Source: Azolla caroliniana
Lineage: Eukaryota; Plantae; Polypodiophyta
Reading direction: 5' to 3'
Length of the DNA: 14,347 nt
NCBI GenBank assembly: GCA_043228905.1
Contig: JBHGNT010000876.1
Span: 1 to 14,347 of the forward strand
The notes beneath the pieces were generated by a model. The model did no database searches, had not been told where the DNA came from, and saw nothing but the letters and a program-made list of their open reading frames with translations. Both the position numbers and the translations under genes were made by a program. Below, one piece after another: positions 8,848-14,347 of this stretch; position 1 is the stretch's first letter; each line of letters begins with the position of its first letter.

Positions 8848-9139
8848 GACGATGGTACGATTCTGAATCCTCAAATCAAAATGATGGTGATGATGACGAT
8901 TTGTGGGTTATACACTGGTGATTCTAGTAATTCTGCTAGTCGGGATTTTTGAAGAGAATTACTAATCATACTGTTGATGATGCAGACAATGACAATGACC
9001 GATGACGATGCAATTCAGAATCCTCAAAAAAAAAAAGATGATGATGGATGGTGGGCTGCTATAAATTGTTAAGCTCATAACTCTACTAGTCAGGGACATT
9101 TTGAAGATAGTTACAAATCATATCAGGCTGCAGCAATGA
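8848..9139. repeat. Diverged ~150-bp tandem duplication spanning the DUF7138 stop codon and proximal 3'UTR
   Basis: 8860-8970 attctgaatcctcaaa...gatgatg...gtggg...ctagtcgggatttttgaagagaattactaatcata aligns with 9013-9122 attcagaatcctcaaa...gatgatg...gtggg...ctagtcagggacattttgaagatagttacaaatcata. Confidence 0.8.
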
Positions 9140-11072
9140 ATTCCACACTGGTTTTGGCTGCTGGTCTCTCTATAGGTCCTGCTGGTGATGGTCCTCTAAA
9201 ACCCACTGTTATCTTGTCCTGAACACACAAATGGAATGGTGGGGGATCAATCTTACTCTCTCGAAATTTGTAGCACAGCTGACATGATAGTCCACCACGA
9301 GCTAATGATGATAATGATGATATTGTTGCTGCTGATGATGTCTGGTTTATGTTATTCTGATAGTCGGAATTAAGGCTACATACAAGCCCCCTTATTTTCG
9401 ACATATCTACTGTAGCATTCACTCCAATCTTCGAATTATATACATTTTGGTGAAGATCAGAAGAAGCTAGTGATTGTTGCTGATGAATCATACCATTTGT
9501 ATTGTAACTCCAATAATGGGTCTGAGCTTTCTGAAGATTAGGATTCTGAGTTCCTGATACGACTAAACCAGGATTCTTCAGGAGGACGATATTATTATTC
9601 CCTCCTGTGGAAGAGAAGACCGGAGATAATAGCGTTGTGTGATCATCTTTACTTAGAACATTAGGGTTCAGAAGTCCATCTCTACTCTGGATTAGAGAAG
9701 GCCTCCCTAAGAGAGCATCATTGTATCTTTCTTGGAAGTCTTCACTAGCCTTGATGGACAGGTTATGGTGGTGATGGTGATGATACAATTGCCATGACTT
9801 ACTACTATGATCATCTCTAAGGAACATATTCGGCTGATCGACATTATGATTCCTTGACCACTGTTTAGCTCCATCTTGCAATATTTGCCTTGGATAGAAG
9901 TTGCAAATACCTCGTCCACGAGACAATATATTTGCCATGTTTGCTCCTATTTGCTTCTCCATATTATACATCTTCTCATGCAATCGAGCATTATTGATAG
10001 CTGTTGTCGATACTAATGGGCTTGAGTTCATTAATGCAGCTTGCTGTTCTCCTCTAGTCAGTAAAATTTTCTGATCTGATCTGTTGAGTAACTTTACATG
10101 ATGAGACGTGATCAAATTAGCATGTGGTGCAGATGGTGAGCTCATCGCGATGTTCTGATGATGATCAGGCACTACTCGAGATGATGAAGATGAATTATCT
10201 GGAATCAGAGTTAGCCTACTTTTTCTTTCTGGAGAAGATTGCTGGTTATTAAACCCTGAATTCATCATACACTGGAGACTAGTATAATGATCAGCTCTAT
10301 GAGACCAACTATTATGTTCTTGCCTTGTCTGTGGTAACCCCTGGGATGATTGAATATTTGTTTGAGAAGATCCACGACAAATTTGTGAATTGCAATCTCC
10401 AAATAAATTCGGTTGCTGTGGATCACCATTTAAATGCAAAAGATCCACAGATTGTTGTGTATCAACCATTCCTTTTCGGGCTGGCCGATTATATCCCATT
10501 CCGTCCATAAGAGCTATTGGTTCAATCTTATCATCCAGAGATTTTACATCGTCCATATCTACTACATTAGTACTACTTAACATATTCTCCAAAGTAAGTG
10601 ATTGCTTTGTGTTTATATGATTAACCAAATCAGTACAGCTCATATGATTCCTGTCTTTTTGTACAGGATCCAAAGAATGGCATATTATAAATTCCTCTCC
10701 ATTTTCCTCTTGATCTGTGCTTCTTCTTTTTCCTGTGGTGCCTTTCCTTTCTTTCTTTGACTTCTTAGTGGTAACTAAGAAATGACAATCTTTCTCCCAC
10801 TTTGGATTATGCTGATTCAAGATGATACTGAAATTAGTGTTCTCATTGATAGGCAATTTCTGTCGACTATCACTTATAGTGTCTTTTGATGTTCTTCTAC
10901 AGACGAAAACAGCAGACATTTGTCCTGATGGAAGACCTACCTTCTGAGTCAGAAGGCTTTGAAATCTTTTGAATGTGAGCACAGAATGTACACCAATGTA
11001 TCCTTTATCATGCTCCTTCTCTCCATCATGGAAGACCACAGGATATGGTGTAGCAAAGGTTTCCATTGTCAT
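9123..11072 (-). CDS. Plant-specific DUF7138-domain protein (EDA12-like family), 649 aa, coding region uninterrupted
   Basis: 1950-nt ORF. N-terminal PVVFHDGEKE...FKRFQSLLTQKVGL...RQKLPINENTNF...EKDCHFLV followed by basic KKSKKERK, and C-terminal CQLC...FHLCVQDKITVGFRGPSPAGPIERP, match from memory the two conserved ends of the DUF7138/EDA12-like family. Met3 (ACAATGG, 11066) has the stronger start context. Confidence 0.85.
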   Translation of the reverse strand: MTMETFATPYPVVFHDGEKEHDKGYIGVHSVLTFKRFQSLLTQKVGLPSGQMSAVFVCRRTSKDTISDSRQKLPINENTNFSIILNQHNPKWEKDCHFLVTTKKSKKERKGTTGKRRSTDQEENGEEFIICHSLDPVQKDRNHMSCTDLVNHINTKQSLTLENMLSSTNVVDMDDVKSLDDKIEPIALMDGMGYNRPARKGMVDTQQSVDLLHLNGDPQQPNLFGDCNSQICRGSSQTNIQSSQGLPQTRQEHNSWSHRADHYTSLQCMMNSGFNNQQSSPERKSRLTLIPDNSSSSSRVVPDHHQNIAMSSPSAPHANLITSHHVKLLNRSDQKILLTRGEQQAALMNSSPLVSTTAINNARLHEKMYNMEKQIGANMANILSRGRGICNFYPRQILQDGAKQWSRNHNVDQPNMFLRDDHSSKSWQLYHHHHHHNLSIKASEDFQERYNDALLGRPSLIQSRDGLLNPNVLSKDDHTTLLSPVFSSTGGNNNIVLLKNPGLVVSGTQNPNLQKAQTHYWSYNTNGMIHQQQSLASSDLHQNVYNSKIGVNATVDMSKIRGLVCSLNSDYQNNINQTSSAATISSLSSLARGGLSCQLCYKFRESKIDPPPFHLCVQDKITVGFRGPSPAGPIERPAAKTSVEFIAAA

Positions 11073-11294
11073 GATGGAATATATAGTCTCCGATTTTTAT
11101 AGCATGTGACTTTAGGAATTTCTGCCGTGAATTTGCCTCGTTTCGAAGGAGATTTGAAGCAAAACCTCTGATGTGAATATCTTACAGCGCCATCATATAA
11201 TACATGCTGAGATAGACCCCCAAACAGAAGAAATATTAGTCAGATATGAAACTTTAAACAGATTCGAATAGATACTATGCAATACAAAACGAAA

Positions 11295-11581
11295 CTGAAA
11301 GAAGATAATCAAGAAGAAAAAGATCCTATTGTTTACACTGTTCGCCAAAATGTGGTTAAAAAGAATGGATTAATGGCATCTGAGTTGTACAATTTTAAGT
11401 AGCAAGAAGAAGACAGAGGAGCGAAATATACGACAGGAAAATCAAACTGTAGCAGAACGAATAGGTTAAAAGGAGACAACCAAGTTCGGCAGAAGGAAAT
11501 GTAGTTACATAATTAGAGATTCGTGGGATGAAGCGATCAAAGAACAAAAGAACGAAAACAAAAGGGAGGATTGATAAATAC
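11295..11581 (-). other. Putative 5'UTR intron of the DUF7138 gene (alternative acceptor at 11207)
   Basis: Candidate donor AA|GTATTT at 11581 followed by U-rich sequence; acceptor TCTTTTTCTTCTTGATTATCTTCTTTCAG at 11295; second candidate TCTATCTCAG at 11207. No transcript evidence. Confidence 0.45.
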
Positions 11582-11630
11582 TTGTTCATCTGCGTGCGGT
11601 GTGCAGTACTGATTTCTCGGCAATGCGCTT

Positions 11631-11666
11631 GGCGATGGGGATGGAGATGGGGATGGCGATGGCGAT
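11631..11666. repeat. (GGNGAT)6 hexamer repeat in the putative DUF7138 5'UTR
   Basis: GGCGAT GGGGAT GGAGAT GGGGAT GGCGAT GGCGAT. Confidence 0.9.
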
Positions 11667-11693
11667 TTTCTGTTTTATTTCCTCGCGTTTCGA

Positions 11694-11700
11694 TTATATA
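11694..11700 (-). promoter_or_regulatory. Probable TATA box of the DUF7138 gene
   Basis: TATATAA on the minus strand directly after a (CT)n tract and before a GC-richer putative first 5'UTR exon. Confidence 0.5.
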
Positions 11701-11705
11701 CCGTC

Positions 11706-11728
11706 AGAGAGAGAGAGAGAAAGAGAGA
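11706..11728. repeat. Imperfect (AG)n tract in the DUF7138 promoter
   Basis: Read directly from the sequence. Confidence 0.9.
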
Positions 11729-11776
11729 CAGGCTTTTTAAAGTCTATTTACACCGACTCTCCATCAACACATACAA

Positions 11777-11785
11777 ATACATACA

Positions 11786-11812
<27 letters not shown>
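11777..11812. repeat. (ATAC)9 microsatellite
   Basis: Read directly from the sequence. Confidence 0.95.
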
Positions 11813-11817
<5 letters not shown>

Positions 11818-13098
11818 ATTATCATCTTAATGTCATCCTAATTAGCCACCTTAATCACTCAATCTCCTCGTGATGTTCTAGAACAGACTGATCTATATCT
11901 CTCAATACTCGGTTTATTTTACATTTCGTCACGATTATTGACAGCCATCTGTTGGCCATTCATTGTACACGTCCTGCCCCTCTTGGACTCCCAACTCCCT
12001 GGCTCGGACATCATTCGAGACCAACGTACCCTTAACGTTCATACATTGGCTCCTTGAAATCCCCCGAATGCTTTAAAATAAAGTGAAGACGTAATTTGCA
12101 TTGGGTAACACCCGAGGTCTTGAGTCTTTTGATAGCATGGATTGAATGAATCGAACATAGTGGGAATAACACTTTTTAAACCTCTTGTCGTTCATCCGAA
12201 TGTTTAAACATGTGATGTGATATTGCCATGACTAATAAGAACGGGCAGTTATAATGAGCTTACTTGAGAGGAGCAAACATCACAAGTCACGATATTTAAA
12301 AGGAAAGCAAACAAGTTGCTTGGATCTATTGGTAGCAAACCATTGATTTGGATGCACTCGAATTGATTGTTGTATTGGAATTGAGGATTGTAGAGTTATA
12401 TATTGGAACCTAATGCCCTTTCAAAACTTATATGGCGGTATGTGCATTCATATTATGTGCAATTTGTGTTACAATGTTTGACATGCAATCATGAAATATG
12501 TTCAAGTATGGTAGAGAGCAGATAATGAGATAAAATGTTATAGCTAATATAATCTTGAACATATTACTTTGTGGACAACAACGTGATGCTCTTATTATGG
12601 TCAAGAAATACACTTGCACATAGGGAGATGACCTTCCATTGAAAATCTCGATCATCATAGACACTGCAACTAAGATAGGTTCAACTTGTTTACATCATTT
12701 GAAGAAGAAGGAAAACTCTACAATCTCATTAGATCATCCCATTATGTTTTGTATAGTGTCATCTTTTACAAATGAAGAGTGATCCTAATTAAAAGAACAT
12801 GAAAATGAAGGGCATATTTTACACTTAAAACATAAAAAAGCTTCGTGACATAAATATACAAATGGTAGTTGTGATCGTCAATATACGTGCCTACCAACAT
12901 CTACCAATGTAGTTTGCTTCCATGATGTGAATGATACTTAGGTTTGATCTCACATATTTGCAATTATGAGAGTGGAATATGAGGGGTTGAAAAGACAAGA
13001 AGACATTGAAATATTGAAAACTATACTCGTGTTACAATACTTACATGCAATCATACATTAATGGACACAAAAAGTCAAATAGTGTGGCCATTGGCTCA

Positions 13099-13234
13099 TG
13101 GATGACCATTTGGTCATCCACCACCTACATATAGGTAGAAGGTTAACTTGCATAAAGAAGGTTAACTCATATAAATAAGGTTCATAATCCTATCATATAC
13201 TTCTTCTCATGACCTTGGGTTAACTTTGCATAAA
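13099..13234. repeat. 22-bp palindrome plus 19-bp tandem repeats
   Basis: TGGATGACCA-TT-TGGTCATCCA (13099-13120); AGAAGGTTAACTTGCATAA / AGAAGGTTAACTCATATAA / ATAAGGTT (13137-13182); further copy GGTTAACTTTGCATAAA near 13218-13233. Confidence 0.75.
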
Positions 13235-14347
13235 GCTCTCATGCTCAATAGTTAAATAAGAAATGATTATGAATATGAATGTAGAGATGTACTCTTATGT
13301 CAATGTTTTTGCCACATAATACATCAAGAAAAAGGTTCATGTGGAAACCCCCCTTCATAACACAATTTAAGGAGTGTGTAAATTAGGTCAAGTAAAAATT
13401 GCCCTATTTGAGGAACCAACGCAAAAGCAAAAAGTGTGTACAAATGCAACCATATGTTAGGTCATGTCATCAATTAATAACCACACGTGTTAGACAAAGA
13501 TTAAAATATATAGTTTGGATTCCTTAATTGGAACTAAAGAAAGACAAACTCTAAACTTGAATCAATGGAAAACATCATGGAAATTACAAGTTGAATTTCA
13601 TATAGGGATAAAACTATAGTACAATGGCATTGATTCTCATCCTTGAAATGAAATGAGGAGGACTTTGCTTTATAGTAGTTGTCAATCATCATAATTATAT
13701 TATGATTGACAAATACACCATTACCTTACCATCACCTCCACAACTTTACTACATGCCACAATATATTCTAGGGATTGAACACACGAGCTTCAAGATCCCC
13801 ATCCGACAATCGTTTCATCGAAGTAGCAACCACATGGGTTATCTCTCTCAATTATAATAATGGAATGCTAGGGTACAACCAAATACACATTGACATCCCC
13901 ATACTCCATTTGAAAGAAGACATGATGTGATACAAATTCGATCGGGATTTCAAACTTGCTCAACAATTTCATCATCTTCCCTTGATATACATTTTACACA
14001 TGGACTAAGTGCTACCATTGGACAAACACACGATTCTTTATATCAACTTCCAATAAACACAAGTGGATGGTAAAAAGTGACAAATTTAAATTACACTATT
14101 CTAATTACATGACAGGGAAATAGTGTTAGAGTAGCATTATAATTTAGTAAGTGAATGTATGCTATTTATCTAAAACAACAAAGTGATTATTGATACTCTG
14201 AAAAGTCCCCTCACAATTATCATTTCGAGTACTTAGGGTATGTTTGTGGCACAACATCCCATTTCTTTTGTCTTGTGTTCATTCATGCTAAGCCATGACC
14301 CACGCTATGTGAGTGTACTCTAGTGAGTACCTCATGCTTCTCGATAC

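Noticed and set aside
9707-10620. Small ORFs overlapping the 649-aa gene (9707..9919, 10325..10510, 10390..10620)
   Set aside because: Alternative-frame or antisense shadows of a real CDS.
1260-11072. Functional linkage (gene cluster) between the hydrolase and the DUF7138 gene
   Set aside because: Co-orientation alone is not evidence in a plant genome; each has its own promoter-like region and they are separated by TE debris. Synteny or co-expression data would be needed.
11395-11841. ORFs with WRWGWRWGW, MAMGMEMGM and HTYIHTYI repeats
   Set aside because: Translations of hexamer, AG and ATAC simple repeats in the promoter/5'UTR.

Overview
Eukaryotic land-plant genomic DNA (AT-rich, GT-AG introns, GA/CT microsatellites, decayed retroelements); protein and repeat features suggest a seed-free plant, probably a fern (inference). 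It holds two intact minus-strand genes. The first is a five-exon dienelactone hydrolase / carboxymethylenebutenolidase-family gene, join(4548..4492, 2885..2749, 2654..2525, 2177..1986, 1469..1260), 241 aa, with an intact Cys-Asp-His triad. The second is a single-coding-exon 649-aa plant-specific DUF7138 / EDA12-like gene (11072..9123) with a very long low-complexity linker and a C-terminal CxxC-x13-HxC motif. Between them lies a nested retroelement relic: a probable solo LTR (5188..5538), a tRNA-derived SINE-like head (~5545..5610) and a dead LINE ORF2 (~5615..7204). The LINE lost its YADD core through an internal deletion and is split by a 459-bp solo LTR with a perfect 5-bp TSD (6652..7110). 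I see no prokaryotic-type system (CRISPR, operon, etc.) and no clearly new multi-gene system. The best leads are the expanded DUF7138 protein with its uORF-rich leader and duplicated 3' end, the reconstructable TE nest, a telobox/GAGA cluster in the hydrolase gene, and a possible decayed ORF at ~12.2-13.06 kb.
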